64,000 bases of DNA from Eledone cirrhosa (GCA_964016885.1 OZ024766.1:5456001-5520000), one strand, 5' to 3'; positions 1-14,942 are shown, counted from the stretch's first letter. The notes: generated by a model not told the origin, from the sequence alone. Made by a program: numbers and translations.

Positions 1-186
1 GGAAGTCTTGTACTCTCAGTCACTTAACACCAATGAAACTAAGACAGACTTTAACCCTGTGATGGACTGGTGTCCTGTCCAGGGGGAAGTTTTGTACTCT
101 CAGATGCTTCTCACCATGAAACCGGGATAAGCATCGACCAAACGAGCCTTAATTAGCTTAAGACAGACTTTAGACTTTAGACATAC

Positions 187-253
187 CTGTGTGGCAGCAA
201 CCAGTTCCTCCTTTGAGGGTTTCTCATTAAAGATGTCTCTCTCTGTGGCACCG
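187..253 (-). CDS. PPWD1: PPWD1 exon 13 (GATERDIFNEKPSKEELVAATQ); gene continues left of the window (cyclophilin domain)
   Basis: RD.FNEKPSKEE..AATQ motif; tacag / gtatgt sites. Confidence 0.94.
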
Positions 254-482
254 CTGTAACGAGAGAACATGTAGAAATAGGCAGGTGAGTGAAGGTGATG
301 ATGGCGTTGTTGTTGTTAGTGGTGGTGTTGGTGTTGTTGTTAGTGGTGGTGTTGGTGTTGTTGTTAGTGGTGTTGGTGTAGTTGTTAGTGGTGGTGTTGT
401 TGTAAGTGGTGTTGATGTTGTTGTTAGTGATGTTGGTGTCAGCAAAATCGAAATTAAATACGTTTCAAAACAGTAACAACAT

Positions 483-1084
483 GGAGGCCTATGGCTTAGT
501 GGTTAGAGCATTGGCCTTGCAATCGAAAGGTTGTGAGTTCAATTCTCAGACCGGGTGGTGTGTTGTTTCCTTGAGCAAGACACTTTATTTCACATTGTTC
601 CAGTTTACTCAGCTGTAGAAATGAGATGATAGGGACTGGGGTCCCTATCATTCCACTGCAAAGTGGTCGTGGAGGTGCCACGGCAAAAAAGCACCCAGCA
701 CTCACTGTAAAGTGGTCGTGGAGGTGCCACGGCAAAAAAGCACCCAGCACTCACTGTAAAGTGGTCGTGGAGGTGCCACAGCAAAAAAGCACCCAGCACT
801 CACTGTAAAGTGGTCGTGGAGGCGCCACAGCAAAAAAGCACCCAGCACTCACTGTAAAGTGGTCGTGGAGGTGCCATGGCAAAAAAGCACCCAGCCCACA
901 CTGTAAAGTGGTCGTGGAGGTGCCACAGCAAAAAAGCACCCAGCACTCACTGTTAATGAGGTTGGTGTTAGGAAGGGCATCCAGCTGTAGAAATCAAGCC
1001 AGAATCAGTTCCCGTCCCACCCTTGCAAGCAGGGAAAAAACGGGACGTAAAATGAAATGATGATGATGATGATGATGATGATGA
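483..1084 (+). mobile_element. tRNA-derived CORE-type SINE (family 1) with six copies of the internal 49-bp unit and (GAT)n tail
   Basis: A box TGGCTTAGTGG, B box GAGTTCAATTC, CORE-like CCTTGAGCAAGACACTT..CAGTTTACTCAGCTGTAGAAATG, RTE-like tail; many copies in the window. Confidence 0.85.
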
Positions 1085-1096
1085 TAACATACAAAC

Positions 1097-1340
1097 CTTT
1101 TTATGTCCTCCGGTTCCCGCCTCGTAAACATATAGAAGCGGTTCTTCTTGAAGGCCGTACAGAAGAGTGTGGGGTCTTGCAAGGGAGCCTGGATGATGGG
1201 GTTGTCGGCGGCAACCATGTCCGCATCCAGCGCCACCTTCTGCCGTTTGCCGGAACCCTGTAGCAGGCTGATCTGCAACAGACGGGCATTCTCTGGCTTG
1301 CCAAGAATGCGCGGACACTGATTGGTGTAGAGGTTGATCA
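1097..1340 (-). CDS. PPWD1: PPWD1 exon 12 (VINLYTNQCPRILGKPEN...FKKNRFYMFTRREPEDIKS)
   Basis: RILGK.EN and FKKNRFYMFT.REPED motifs; tacag / gtttgt sites. Confidence 0.96.
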
Positions 1341-1504
1341 CTGTAGGTGGTGGTGGAGAAGAGAAGTTAAGATATACAACTGGCTGTGAAATACTATGAA
1401 ATCTGTGCACATTATGCTATGAAATTTGCGTGTATAGTTATAAAATCTGTGCATATTACAGTGTGAATTCTGTGTACATTAATTCATGAAATATGTACAT
1501 ATTA

Positions 1505-4500
1505 GGCTATGAAATCTATGCATATTATACTATTAAATAAGTATGTGTTATGCTATGAAATCTATGCATGTTATACTATTAAATAAGTATGTGTTATGCT
1601 ATGAAATCTATGCATGTTATACTATTAAATAAGTATGTGTTATGCTATGAAATCTATGCATGTTATACTATTAAATAAGTGTGTTATGCTATGAAATCTA
1701 TGCATATTATACTATTAAATAAGTGTGTTATGCTATGAAATCTATGCATGTTATACTATTAAATAAGTGTGTTATGCTATGAAATCTATGCATGTTATAC
1801 TATTAAATAAGTGTGTTATGCTATGAAATCTATGCATGTTATACTATTAAATAAGTATGTGTTATGCTATGAAATCTATGCATGTTATACTATTAAATAA
1901 GTATGTGTTATGCTATGAAATCTATGCATGTTATACTATTAAATAAGTATGTGTTATGCTATGAAATCTATGCATGTTATACTATTAAATAAGTATGTGT
2001 TATGCTATGAAATCTATGCATGTTATACTATTAAATAAGTATGTGTTATGCTATGAAATCTATGCATGTTATACTATTAAATAAGTATGTGTTATGCTAT
2101 GAAATCTATGCATGTTATACTATTAAATAAGTGTGTTATGCTATGAAATCTATGCATATTATACTATTAAATAAGTGTGTTATGCTATGAAATCTATGCA
2201 TGTTATACTATTAAATAAGTATGTGTTATGCTATGAAATCTATGCATATTATACTATTAAATAAGTGTGTTATGCTATGAAATCTATGCATATTAGACTA
2301 TTAAATAAGTATGTGTTATGCTATGAAATCTATGAATGTTATACTATTAAATAAGTATGTGTTATGCTATGAAATCTATGCATGTTATACTATTAAATAA
2401 GTATGTGTTATGCTATGAAATCTATGCATATTATACTATTAAATAAGTATGTGTTATGCTATGAAATCTATGCATATTAGACTATTAAATAAGTATGTGT
2501 TATGCTATGAAATCTATGCATGTTATACTATTAAATAAGTATGTGTTATGCTATGAAATCTATGCATGTTATACTATTAAATAAGTGTGTTATGCTATGA
2601 AATCTATGCATATTATACTATTAAATAAGTGTGTTATGCTATGAAATCTATGCATATTATACTATTAAATAAGTGTGTTATGCTATGAAATCTATGCATA
2701 TTATACTATTAAATAAGTGTGTTATGCTATGAAATCTATGCATATTATACTATTAAATAAGTGTGTTATGCTATGAAATCTATGCATGTTATACTATTAA
2801 ATAAGTATGTGTTATGCTATGAAATCTATGCATATTATACTATTAAATAAGTGTGTTATGCTATGAAATCTATGCATGTTATACTATTAAATAAGTGTGT
2901 TATGCTATGAAATCTATGCATGTTATACTATTAAATAAGTGTGTTATGCTATGAAATCTATGCATGTTATACTATTAAATAAGTGTGTTATGCTATGAAA
3001 TCTATGCATGTTATACTATTAAATAAGTGTGTTATGCTATGAAATCTATGCATGTTATACTATTAAATAAGTATGTGTTATGCTATGAAATCTATGCATA
3101 TTATACTATTAAATAAGTATGTGTTATGCTATGAAATCTATGCATGTTATACTATTAAATAAGTATGTGTTATGCTATGAAATCTATGCATATTATACTA
3201 TTAAATAAGTATGTGTTATGCTATGAAATCTATGCATATTATACTATTAAATAAGTATGTGTTATGCTATGAAATCTATGCATGTTATACTATTAAATAA
3301 GTATGTGTTATGCTATGAAATCTATGCATGTTATACTATTAAATAAGTGTGTTATGCTATGAAATCTATGCATATTAGACTATTAAATAAGTGTGTTATG
3401 CTATGAAATCTATGCATATTATACTATTAAATAAGTGTGTTATGCTATGAAATCTATGCATGTTATACTATTAAATAAGTGTGTTATGCTATGAAATCTA
3501 TGCATATTATACTATTAAATAAGTATGTGTTATGCTATGAAATCTATGCATATTATACTATTAAATAAGTATGTGTTATGCTATGAAATCTATGCATATT
3601 ATACTATTAAATAAGTATGTGTTATGCTATGAAATCTATGCATGTTATACTATTAAATAAGTATGTGTTATGCTATGAAATCTATGCATGTTATACTATT
3701 AAATAAGTATGTGTTATGCTATGAAATCTATGCATGTTATACTATTAAATAAGTATGTGTTATGCTATGAAATCTATGCATGTTATACTATTAAATAAGT
3801 GTGTTATGCTATGAAATCTATGCATGTTATACTATTAAATAAGTATGTGTTATGCTATGAAATCTATGCATGTTATACTATTAAATAAGTATGTGTTATG
3901 CTATGAAATCTATGCATATTATACTATTAAATAAGTATGTGTTATGCTATGAAATCTATGCATATTATACTATTAAATAAGTATGTGTTATGCTATGAAA
4001 TCTATGCATGTTATACTATTAAATAAGTATGTGTTATGCTATGAAATCTATGCATATTATACTATTAAATAAGTATGTGTTATGCTATGAAATCTATGCA
4101 TGTTATACTATTAAATAAGTATGTGTTATGCTATGAAATCTATGCATGTTATACTATTAAATAAGTATGTGTTATGCTATGAAATCTATGCATGTTATAC
4201 TATTAAATAAGTATGTGTTATGCTATGAAATCTATGCATGTTATACTATTAAATAAGTGTGTTATGCTATGAAATCTATGCATGTTATACTATTAAATAA
4301 GTGTGTTATGCTATGAAATCTATGCATGTTATACTATTAAATAAGTATGTGTTATGCTATGAAATCTATGTATATTATACTATTAAATAAGTGTGTTATG
4401 CTATGAAATCTATGTATATTATACTATTAAATAAGTGTGTTATGCTATGAAATCTATGCATGTTATACTATTAAATAAGTGTGTTATGCTATGAAATCTA

Positions 4501-7191
4501 TGCATGTTATACTATTAAATAAGTATGTGTTATGCTATGAAATCTATGTATATTATACTATTAAATAAGTGTGTTATGCTATGAAATCTATGTATATTAT
4601 ACTATTAAATAAGTGTGTTATGCTATGAAATCTATGCATGTTATACTATTAAATAAGTGTGTTATGCTATGAAATCTATGCATGTTATACTATTAAATAA
4701 GTATGTGTTATGCTATGAAATCTATGTATATTATACTATTAAATAAGTGTGTTATGCTATGAAATCTATGTATATTATACTATTAAATAAGTGTGTTATG
4801 CTATGAAATCTATGCATGTTATACTATTAAATAAGTGTGTTATGCTATGAAATCTATGCATGTTATACTATTAAATAAGTATGTGTTATGCTATGAAATC
4901 TATGCATGTTATACTATTAAATAAGTGTGTTATGCTATGAAATCTATGCATGTTATACTATTAAATAAGTGTGTTATGCTATGAAATCTATGCATGTTAT
5001 ACTATTAAATAAGTATGTGTTATGCTATGAAATCTATGCATGTTATACTATTAAATAAGTATGTGTTATGCTATGAAATCTATGCATATTATACTATTAA
5101 ATAAGTATGTGTTATGCTATGAAATCTATGCATGTTATACTATTAAATAAGTGTGTTATGCTATGAAATCTATGCATGTTATACTATTAAATAAGTGTGT
5201 TATGCTATGAAATCTATGCATGTTATACTATTAAATAAGTATGTGTTATGCTATGAAATCTATGCATGTTATACTATTAAATAAGTGTGTTATGCTATGA
5301 AATCTATGCATGTTATACTATTAAATAAGTGTGTTATGCTATGAAATCTATGCATGTTATACTATTAAATAAGTATGTGTTATGCTATGAAATCTATGCA
5401 TGTTATACTATTAAATAAGTATGTGTTATGCTATGAAATCTATGCATGTTATACTATTAAATAAGTATGTGTTATGCTATGAAATCTATGCATGTTATAC
5501 TATTAAATAAGTGTGTTATGCTATGAAATCTATGCATATTATACTATTAAATAAGTATGTGTTATGCTATGAAATCTATGCATGTTATACTATTAAATAA
5601 GTGTGTTATGCTATGAAATCTATGCATGTTATACTATTAAATAAGTGTGTTATGCTATGAAATCTATGCATGTTATACTATTAAATAAGTATGTGTTATG
5701 CTATGAAATCTATGCATGTTATACTATTAAATAAGTGTGTTATGCTATGAAATCTATGCATGTTATACTATTAAATAAGTGTGTTATGCTATGAAATCTA
5801 TGCATGTTATACTATTAAATAAGTATGTGTTATGCTATGAAATCTATGCATGTTATACTATTAAATAAGTATGTGTTATGCTATGAAATCTATGCATGTT
5901 ATACTATTAAATAAGTATGTGTTATGCTATGAAATCTATGCATATTATACTATTAAATAAGTATGTGTTATGCTATGAAATCTATGCATGTTATACTATT
6001 AAATAAGTGTGTTATGCTATGAAATCTATGCATGTTATACTATTAAATAAGTGTGTTATGCTATGAAATCTATGCATGTTATACTATTAAATAAGTATGT
6101 GTTATGCTATGAAATCTATGCATGTTATACTATTAAATAAGTATGTGTTATGCTATGAAATCTATGCATGTTATACTATGAAATCTATGCATATTATACT
6201 ATTAAATAAGTGTGTTATGCTATGAAATCTATGCATATTATACTATTAAATAAGTATGTGTTATGCTATGAAATCTATGCATGTTATACTATTAAATAAG
6301 TATGTGTTATGCTATGAAATCTATGCATGTTATACTATTAAATAAGTATGTGTTATGCTATGAAATCTATGCATATTATACTATTAAATAAGTATGTGTT
6401 ATGCTATGAAATCTATGCATATTATACTATTAAATAAGTATGTGTTATGCTATGAAATCTATGCATATTATACTATTAAATAAGTATGTGTTATGCTATG
6501 AAATCTATGCATGTTATACTATTAAATAAGTATGTGTTATGCTATGAAATCTATGCATGTTATACTATTAAATAAGTGTGTTATGCTATGAAATCTATGC
6601 ATGTTATACTATTAAATAAGTGTGTTATGCTATGAAATCTATGCATGTTATACTATTAAATAAGTGTGTTATGCTATGAAATCTATGCATGTTATACTAT
6701 TAAATAAGTATGTGTTATGCTATGAAATCTATGCATATTATACTATTAAATAAGTGTGTTATGCTATGAAATCTATGCATGTTATACTATTAAATAAGTA
6801 TGTGTTATGCTATGAAATCTATGCATATTATACTATTAAATAAGTATGTGTTATGCTATGAAATCTATGCATATTATACTATTAAATAAGTATGTGTTAT
6901 GCTATGAAATCTATGCATATTATACTATTAAATAAGTGTGTTATGCTATGAAATCTATGCATATTATACTATTAAATAAGTATGTGTTATGCTATGAAAT
7001 CTATGCATATTATACTATTAAATAAGTGTGTTATGCTATGAAATCTATGCATATTAGACTATTAAATAAGTGTGTTATGCTATGAAATCTATGCATGTTA
7101 TACTATTAAATAAGTATGTGTTATGCTATGAAATCTATGCATGTTATACTATTAAATAAGTATGTGTTATGCTATGAAATCTATGCATATT
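1505..7191. repeat. 46/44-bp satellite, ~125 copies, in PPWD1 intron 11
   Basis: Unit (at)gtgttatgctatgaaatctatgcatgttatactattaaataagt. Confidence 0.97.
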
Positions 7192-7599
7192 AAACCTCAA
7201 AATTTATGTACCTTATATCATGAAATCTGTGCACATACTTCAATGAAATCTATACACACTGTATTATGAAATCTGCACACCTTTTATAAAATCTCTACAG
7301 ATTATTCAATGAAATCTGTGCACGTTATACTATGAAATTTATACACGTTATACCATGAAATCTATACACGTTATACCATGAAATCTATGCACGTTATACC
7401 ATGAAATCTATGCATGTTATACTATGAAATCTGTGCACATTATACTCAGAAAATTTCTGAATATTACTTGAAGAAATCTATGTACATTATTCTATGAAAT
7501 TTGTGCATATCTATACTGTGAATTCTATGCACATTATATTATGAAATGTGTGCAGATTACTCGATGGTGTTTGTGCAAATCTAGTGAAATTCCTCTTAC

Positions 7600-7653
7600 C
7601 TTTCACACCCAACATCGTGCTGTATAATATGAAATATCCGCTTTCGTCAAACA
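7600..7653 (-). CDS. PPWD1: PPWD1 exon 11 ([18 protein letters not shown])
   Basis: VFDE.G.F.LY.TMLG.K motif; ccag / gtaag sites. Confidence 0.94.
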
Positions 7654-7774
7654 CTGGATGAAGGAAGAGAGAAAAATAAGGAGAAACTGAGTGAAGTGGT
7701 GTTAAGGGTTGACCCCTTAATTCTGGGGTGAGGGTCATTAGATTGTCTTGAAATGGCGTAACAGTACTGGTGGA

Positions 7775-7861
<87 letters not shown>

Positions 7862-7931
7862 CATACATACATATATATACATATATGTGTATATATATAT
7901 ATGTATGTGTATATATATATATATATATATA

Positions 7932-7975
<44 letters not shown>

Positions 7976-8082
7976 TATATATATATATATACACACACAT
8001 ATATATATATATATATACACATATATATATATATATACACATATATATATATATATATACACATATATATATATATATACAC

Positions 8083-8171
<89 letters not shown>

Positions 8172-8255
8172 CATACATATATACATACATAGACACACAC
8201 ACACACACACATATATATATGATGATGATGATGATGATGATGATCCTCTACTTAC

Positions 8256-8349
8256 CAATGTTGCAGTTCTTGAAAGATGTGGATTTCTCCAAGTCCCGTT
8301 CCACAGCCATACGACGGCCAAACTCCATATTAGGAAGTTGTTGTTTGAT
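8256..8349 (-). CDS. PPWD1: PPWD1 exon 10 ([31 protein letters not shown])
   Basis: [18 protein letters not shown] motif; gtaagt donor. Confidence 0.95.
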
Positions 8350-8515
8350 CTTAAATAGGAGAAGGGGGGGGGGGGAGAAAGAAAAAGAAATTATAATTAA
8401 ATATATAATTACACTAAAATACATATACATGAATACATTAAAAAGCATGAAATTTGTGCATCGCTAAATTATGAAATCTATGCAGATTATATCATGAACC
8501 CTCAGTAAGTTGTCC

Positions 8516-10320
8516 CATGAAATGTGTGCATACCACAGTAAGAAATCTGTATACATTATATGATATTTGAGCATATTACAGCATTAAATATGTGTATAGT
8601 GTGCCATGAAATGTGTGCATACCACAGTAAGAAATCTGTATACATTATATGATATTTGAGCATATTACAGCATTAAATATGTGTATAGTGTGCCATGAAA
8701 TGTCTGCATACCACAGTAAGAAATCTGTATACATTATATGATATTTGAGCATATTACAGCATTAAATATGTGTATAGTGTGCCATGAAATGTGTGCATAC
8801 CACAGTAAGAAATCTGTATACATTATATGATATTTGAGCATATTACAGCATTAAATATGTGTATAGTGTGCCATGAAATGTGTGCATACCACAGTAAGAA
8901 ATCTGTATACATTATATGATATTTGAGCATATTACAGCATTAAATATGTGTATAGTGTGCCATGAAATGTGTGCATACCACAGTAAGAAATCTGTATACA
9001 TTATATGATATTTGAGCATATTACAGCATTAAATATGTGTATAGTGTCCCATGAAATGTGTGCATACCACAGTAAGAAATCTGTATACATTATATGATAT
9101 TTGAGCATATTACAGCATTAAATATGTGTATAGTGTGCCATGAAATGTGTGCATACCACAGTAAGAAATCTGTATACATTATATGATATTTGAGCATATT
9201 ACAGCATTAAATATTGTATAGTGTGCCATGAAATGTGTGCATACCACAGTAAGAAATCTGTATACATTATATGATATTTGAGCATATTACAGCATTAAAT
9301 ATTGTATAGTGTGCCATGAAATGTGTGCATACCACAGTAAGAAATCTGTATACATTATATGATATTTGAGCATATTACAGCATTAAATATGTGTATACTG
9401 TGCCATGAAATGTGTGCATACCACAGTAAGAAATCTGTATACATTATATGATATTTGAGCATATTACAGCATTAAATATGTGTATAGTGTGCCATGAAAT
9501 GTGTGCATACCACAGTAAGAAATCTGTATACATTATATGATATTTGAGCATATTACAGCATTAAATATGTGTATACTGTGCCATGAAATGTGTGCATACC
9601 ACAGTAAGAAATCTGTATACATTATATGATATTTGAGCATATTACAGCATTAAATATGTGTATAGTGTCCCATGAAATGTGTGCATACCACAGTAAGAAA
9701 TCTGTATACATTATATGATATTTGAGCATATTACAGCATTAAATATGTGTATAGTGTCCCATGAAATGTGTGCATACCACAGTAAGAAATCTGTATACAT
9801 TATATGATATTTGAGCATATTACAGCATTAAATATGTGTATAGTGTCCCATGAAATGTGTGCATACCACAGTAAGAAATCTGTATACATTATATGATATT
9901 TGAGCATATTACAGCATTAAATATGTGTATAGTGTGCCATGAAATGTGTGCATACCACAGTAAGAAATCTGTATACATTATATGATATTTGAGCATATTA
10001 CAGCATTAAATATGTGTATAGTGTCCCATGAAATGTGTGCATACCACAGTAAGAAATCTGTATACATTATATGATATTTGAGCATATTACAGCATTAAAT
10101 ATGTGTATAGTGTGCCATGAAATGTGTGCATACCACAGTAAGAAATCTGTATACATTATATGATATTTGAGCATATTACAGCATTAAATATGTGTATAGT
10201 GTCCCATGAAATGTGTGCATACCACAGTAAGAAATCTGTATACATTATATGATATTTGAGCATATTACAGCATTAAATATGTGTATAGTGTCCCATGAAA
10301 TGTGTGCATATCACAGTAAG
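8516..10320. repeat. 89-bp satellite, ~20 copies, in PPWD1 intron 9
   Basis: catgaaatg recurs at 8516, 8605 and onward. Confidence 0.97.
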
Positions 10321-10554
10321 ATATTTGTACATAATGTATGATAATTGCAGCTTTAAATATATGCATATATATCATGAAATCTGTACAGGTTATATCATGA
10401 AATATGTGCATTTTATATATCATGGAATCTGTGCATATCATAGTATGACATTTGGAAATATTGCAGCATTATATATGTACATACTATCGTATGAAATGTG
10501 TGCACCTTGTATAATATTTGTGCATATTATAGTATTAAATTAAACCTCGCTTAC

Positions 10555-10635
10555 CTGCTGGACGGCTGAGACACGCTCCAGAGATTCATCAAACACTTTG
10601 GACAGTTTACCTGTGAGGAACTTGAAGATTCTCAC
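10555..10635 (-). CDS. PPWD1: PPWD1 exon 9 (VRIFKFLTGKLSKVFDESLERVSAVQQ)
   Basis: VRIF.F.TGKL..VFDESL motif; tccag / gtaagc sites; absent from ORF track. Confidence 0.94.
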
Positions 10636-10799
10636 CTGGAAAAACGAGAGGACAGGTGTTGACTTATGTATAGATATAGATTAGAATTGGTATGAACATT
10701 GTTGTTATTGTTGTTGTTGTTGTGACAGCTCACACCTATGCAGGTTTAGCTGGCCTCCTCCAAGGTATATCTCATTGGAGGTGTCTTGGGTGATTTTAA

Positions 10800-10962
10800 T
10801 GATAGGGACCCCAGTCCCTATCATCTCATTTCTGCAGCTGAGTAAACTGGAGCAATGTGAAATAAAGTGTCTTGCTCAAGGAAACGACACATCACCCGGT
10901 CCGAGAACTGAACTCACAACCTTTCGATTGCAAGGCCAATGCTCTAACCACTAAGCCATGCG
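10800..10962 (-). mobile_element. SINE family 1, 5' part
   Basis: Reverse complement of head + CORE. Confidence 0.8.
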
Positions 10963-11075
10963 CAAGCAGGGAAAAGCGGACGTAAAATGGTGACGTAAAG
11001 GGTGAAAGCAGCAATTCTTTGCTTAAACTTTAATCTGTTATTTTAATAAATATATATATATATATAAACACACAG

Positions 11076-11109
<34 letters not shown>

Positions 11110-11288
11110 TTCTCTCGCTCTCTCTTTCCTTCTCTATCTTTCTATTTCTCCGTAACCCAACGGCTTATTTTAAAAATATCCAATACTAATAATTAACACT
11201 ATAACTCCACTATCCGGGAGCTTCCAACAGTAATGGTTGCATTCTTTAAGGGTATGTCAATATTTATTTATAAAACTGATCTATATTA

Positions 11289-11353
11289 TATTTTATCTGA
11301 TGAAAGCACACCATAATTTAACTTGGTATCCTTGAAATATGTATAATGAAATA
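11289..11353 (+). ncRNA. Type I hammerhead ribozyme motif, family B
   Basis: tattttat-CTGATGA-aagcacacca..tggtatcctt-GAAA-tatgta-TA^-atgaaata; stem I has one G.U pair. Confidence 0.65.
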
Positions 11354-11481
11354 AATATGGTTTTATAAATATAGTTTCCATTTGTTAATATCGTATTTTT
11401 TACTCCAAATATTTGTTGAGTGCTTTATATCAGTTATAAAAATATTTGCTTGTTGTATCCCAACAATTTAAATAGAACTCT

Positions 11482-11529
<48 letters not shown>

Positions 11530-11754
11530 TTACTTAAGCAAAACAAGACCACAAATTTCACAAGGAAGACATTATTAAAAGACTGTCAACATATTTCTGC
11601 ATGAACCCAGCCACCTAGCTGCTTTCTACTGCATATTGCACATTGAACACATGCCTTTACGCTTTGGCTTCTAACTAATTCACCAATCTCTCCTCTCCTA
11701 TCTCCATCTCTCTCTTTAAGATTGGTTACTCTTGAACTGTATATATCATCAGCA

Positions 11755-11996
11755 TTTCATTTTACGTCCACTTTTCCCTGCTTGCAAGGGTGGGACGGGA
11801 ACTGATTCTGGCTTGATTTCTACAGCTGGATGCCCTTCCTAACACCAACCTCATTTACAGTGAGTGCTAGGTGCTTTTTTTTGCTGTGGCACCTCAACGA
11901 CCACTTTGCAGTGGAATGATAGGGACCCCAGTCCCTATCATCTCATTTCTACAGCTGAGTAAACTGGAGCAATGTGAAATAAAATGTCTTGCTCAA
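11755..11996 (-). mobile_element. SINE family 1, 5'-truncated
   Basis: Reverse complement of CORE-to-tail. Confidence 0.8.
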
Positions 11997-12096
11997 ATAT
12001 ATAATCCTTATCAAGCCCTCTTCGGATTTTAGTCTTCACATTTATTATTGCTATATATATATATAATATTAAAAATAAAAATAAATATATATTTAC

Positions 12097-12171
12097 CTTC
12101 CGGTCAGTAGAGATTGCAGCCATTAACAGTCCATTGGGGGAGAAGCAGATGTCAATAGGAACTGATTTATA
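12097..12171 (-). CDS. PPWD1: PPWD1 exon 8 (YKSVPIDICFSPNGLLMAAISTDRK)
   Basis: CFSP.G...DRK WD motif; tacag / gtaaat sites. Confidence 0.92.
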
Positions 12172-12187
12172 CTGTAATAAAGATGAC

Positions 12188-12219
<32 letters not shown>

Positions 12220-12571
12220 ATATAACACACAGAAAAGAGGCTATGCTCTGTGTGTATATAACACACAGAAAAGAGGCTATGCTCTGACAAATTAAAGAAG
12301 CAACAAACATAAACAAACTCAAACCAAAATTAAACAGAAAACCGAACCTCAATGGAATAGCAACAACATTGCAACTAGTAATTAAGGAGAAAATGAAGAC
12401 ATACAGAGGCATAAAACAACCAAATTAATTAAGGACAAGATAAAGACAGGGGCATACAAAAACTAAACTAATTTAAGACAAGATACAGACATACAGAGGC
12501 ACACAAGAATTAAACTAACAAAACAAACCAGACACACACAGACAGAACAAAACAACCAACTAGTGACAAAT

Positions 12572-12957
12572 ATCATCATCAACATTTTACGTCCGCTTTT
12601 TCCCTGCTTGCTAGGGTGGGACGGGAACTGATTCTGGCTTGATTTCTACAGCTGGATGTCCTTCCTAACACCAACCTCATTTACAGTGAGTGCTGGGTGC
12701 TTTTTTGCTGTGGCGCCTCCACGACCACTTTACAGTGTGGGCTGGGTGCTTTTTTGCCGTGGCACCTCCACGACCACTTTACAGTGGAATGATAGGGACC
12801 CCAGTCCCTATCATCTCATTTCTACAGCTGAGTAAACTGGAGCAATGTGAAATAAAGTGTCTTGCTCAAGGACACAACATATCACCCGGTCTGAGAATTG
12901 AACTCACAACCTTTCGATTGCAAGGCCAATGCTCTAACCACTAAGCCATGTGCCTCC
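12572..12957 (-). mobile_element. SINE family 1, full length
   Basis: Identity to the other copies. Confidence 0.85.
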
Positions 12958-13042
12958 ATATATAAACATATAAATAAATAAATAAACAAAAACACAGACA
13001 CACACCCAGATATAATGCATGTGCAAACCATGTACACAGCCC

Positions 13043-14190
13043 ACATCATCATTTTACGTCCGCCATTCCCTGCTTGCAAGGGTGGGACGGGTCCTATTCA
13101 GCACAGCATCTCTCCACTTGTCACGGTCCTTCGTCATCTCCTCCCTGAGTTTCAGCGATCTGAGGTCAGCTCTCACCACCTCTGCCCATGTCTTTCGTGG
13201 TCTTCCTTCAACTGGGATTTCTTGGCACTTCTTTACCCAGCAGTCATCCTCCATGCGCATCACATGTCCATACCAACGCAGTCTCCTCTCCCACACACCA
13301 CAACTTATCGCTCTTATACACAGTTTCTCTCTCAACACGTCACATGTCCATACCAACGCAGTCTCCTCTCCCACACACTACAACTTATCGCTCTTATACA
13401 CAGTTCCTCTCTCAACACATCACATGTCCATACCAACGCAGTCTCCTCTCCCACACACCACAACTTATCGCTCTTATACACAGTTCCTCTCTCAACACAT
13501 CACATGTCCATACCAACGCAGTCTCCTCTCCCACACACTACAACTTATCCCTCTCAGACACAGTTTCTCTCTCAACACATCACATGTCCATACCAACGCA
13601 GTCTCCTCTCCCACACACTACAACTTATCCCTCTTATACACAGTTTCTCTCTCAACACATCACATGTCCATACCAACGCAGTCTCCTCTCCCACACACTA
13701 CAACTTATCCCTCTTATACACAGTTTCTCTCTCAACACATCACATGTCCATACCAACGCAGTCTCCTCTCCCACACACTACAACTTATCCCTCTCAGACA
13801 CAGTTTCTCTCTCAACACATCACATGTCCATACCAACGCAGTCTCCTCTCCCACACACTACAACTTATCCCTCTTATACAGTTTCTCTCTCAACACATCA
13901 CATGTCCATACCAACGCAGTCTCCTCTCCCACACACTACAACTTATCCCTCTTATACACAGTTTCTCTCTCAACACATCACATGTCCATACCAACGCAGT
14001 CTCCTCTCCCACACACTACAACTTATCCCTCTTATACACAGTTTCTCTCTCAACACATCACATGTCCATACCAACGCAGTCTCCTCTCCCACACACTACA
14101 ACTTATCGCTCTTATACACAGTTTCTCTCTCAACACATCCATGCTCGGTCGGTCGGTCGCTCACACAAATAGACATTGCACATCCCACAA
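13043..14190 (-). mobile_element. RTE-clade LINE 3' fragment with a 60-bp ORF segment amplified ~15x
   Basis: Translates to RRLRWYGHVMRM..WVKKC...GRPRKTW...DRDKWR; 60-bp period over 13260-14140. Confidence 0.85.
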
Positions 14191-14692
14191 CACATGGTCT
14201 GAGTTCAAATCCCGCCGAGGTTAACTTTGCCTTTCATCCTTACGGGGGTTGATAAAATAAAGCACCAGTAATGTACTGGGGTCGATTTAATCGACTTTCT
14301 CCTCTGCCAAATGACTGGCCTTGCGCCTATACTAGAAACCAGAGAGTCGGACGCCATGCTTTCCAGCATAGAGTTACGTCTCTTTATGGTCTGAGTTCAA
14401 ATATACACAGTTTCTCTCTCAATACATCCATGCTCGGTCGGTCGGTCGCTCACACAAATAGACATCGCACATCCCACAACACATAAAAACAAGATGGTGT
14501 AGGACAGAACAAAGGAGAGACTCAAGACTCAATATAAAAACCGAGTCACTGAGGAGGTCACAGAATGTGTGACGAAAGAGCTTTGACAATATATAAACAA
14601 CTATCCGGTTATTGAACCAACCAACCAACCAACCAACCAACCGGTTTGTGAATGAGTAAAAATGATAGGCTGGCCCCTATCTTGTGTCTTAC

Positions 14693-14836
14693 CTTGACAA
14701 AGTCGTACAGGTCTGTGTCAGTCTTGTATTCCCAGTGGATATTTTTAGGGAAGGAGTAATCGTTTTTAGGCCCTGTCCAGTATTCCACCAACCCCGTCTC
14801 ATCTGTGGACACTACCACGTCATACTGGGGGTTGTA
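14693..14836 (-). CDS. PPWD1: PPWD1 exon 7 (YNPQYDVVVSTDETGLVEYWTGPKNDYSFPKNIHWEYKTDTDLYDFVK)
   Basis: EYWTGP and WEYKTDTDLY motifs; phase 0/0. Confidence 0.96.
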
Positions 14837-14910
14837 CTGTAGGGGGAGAGAAAGAGAGAGGTTGTTATATTATATATACACACACACACACACGTGTGTG
14901 TATATATATT

Positions 14911-14942
<32 letters not shown>

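Noticed and set aside
483-560. SINE heads as tRNA genes
   Set aside because: A and B boxes are present but acceptor and anticodon stems are not intact, and each head continues into CORE and a tail
1505-7191. Regular arrays as possible CRISPR
   Set aside because: No unique spacers, no cas genes, eukaryotic intron
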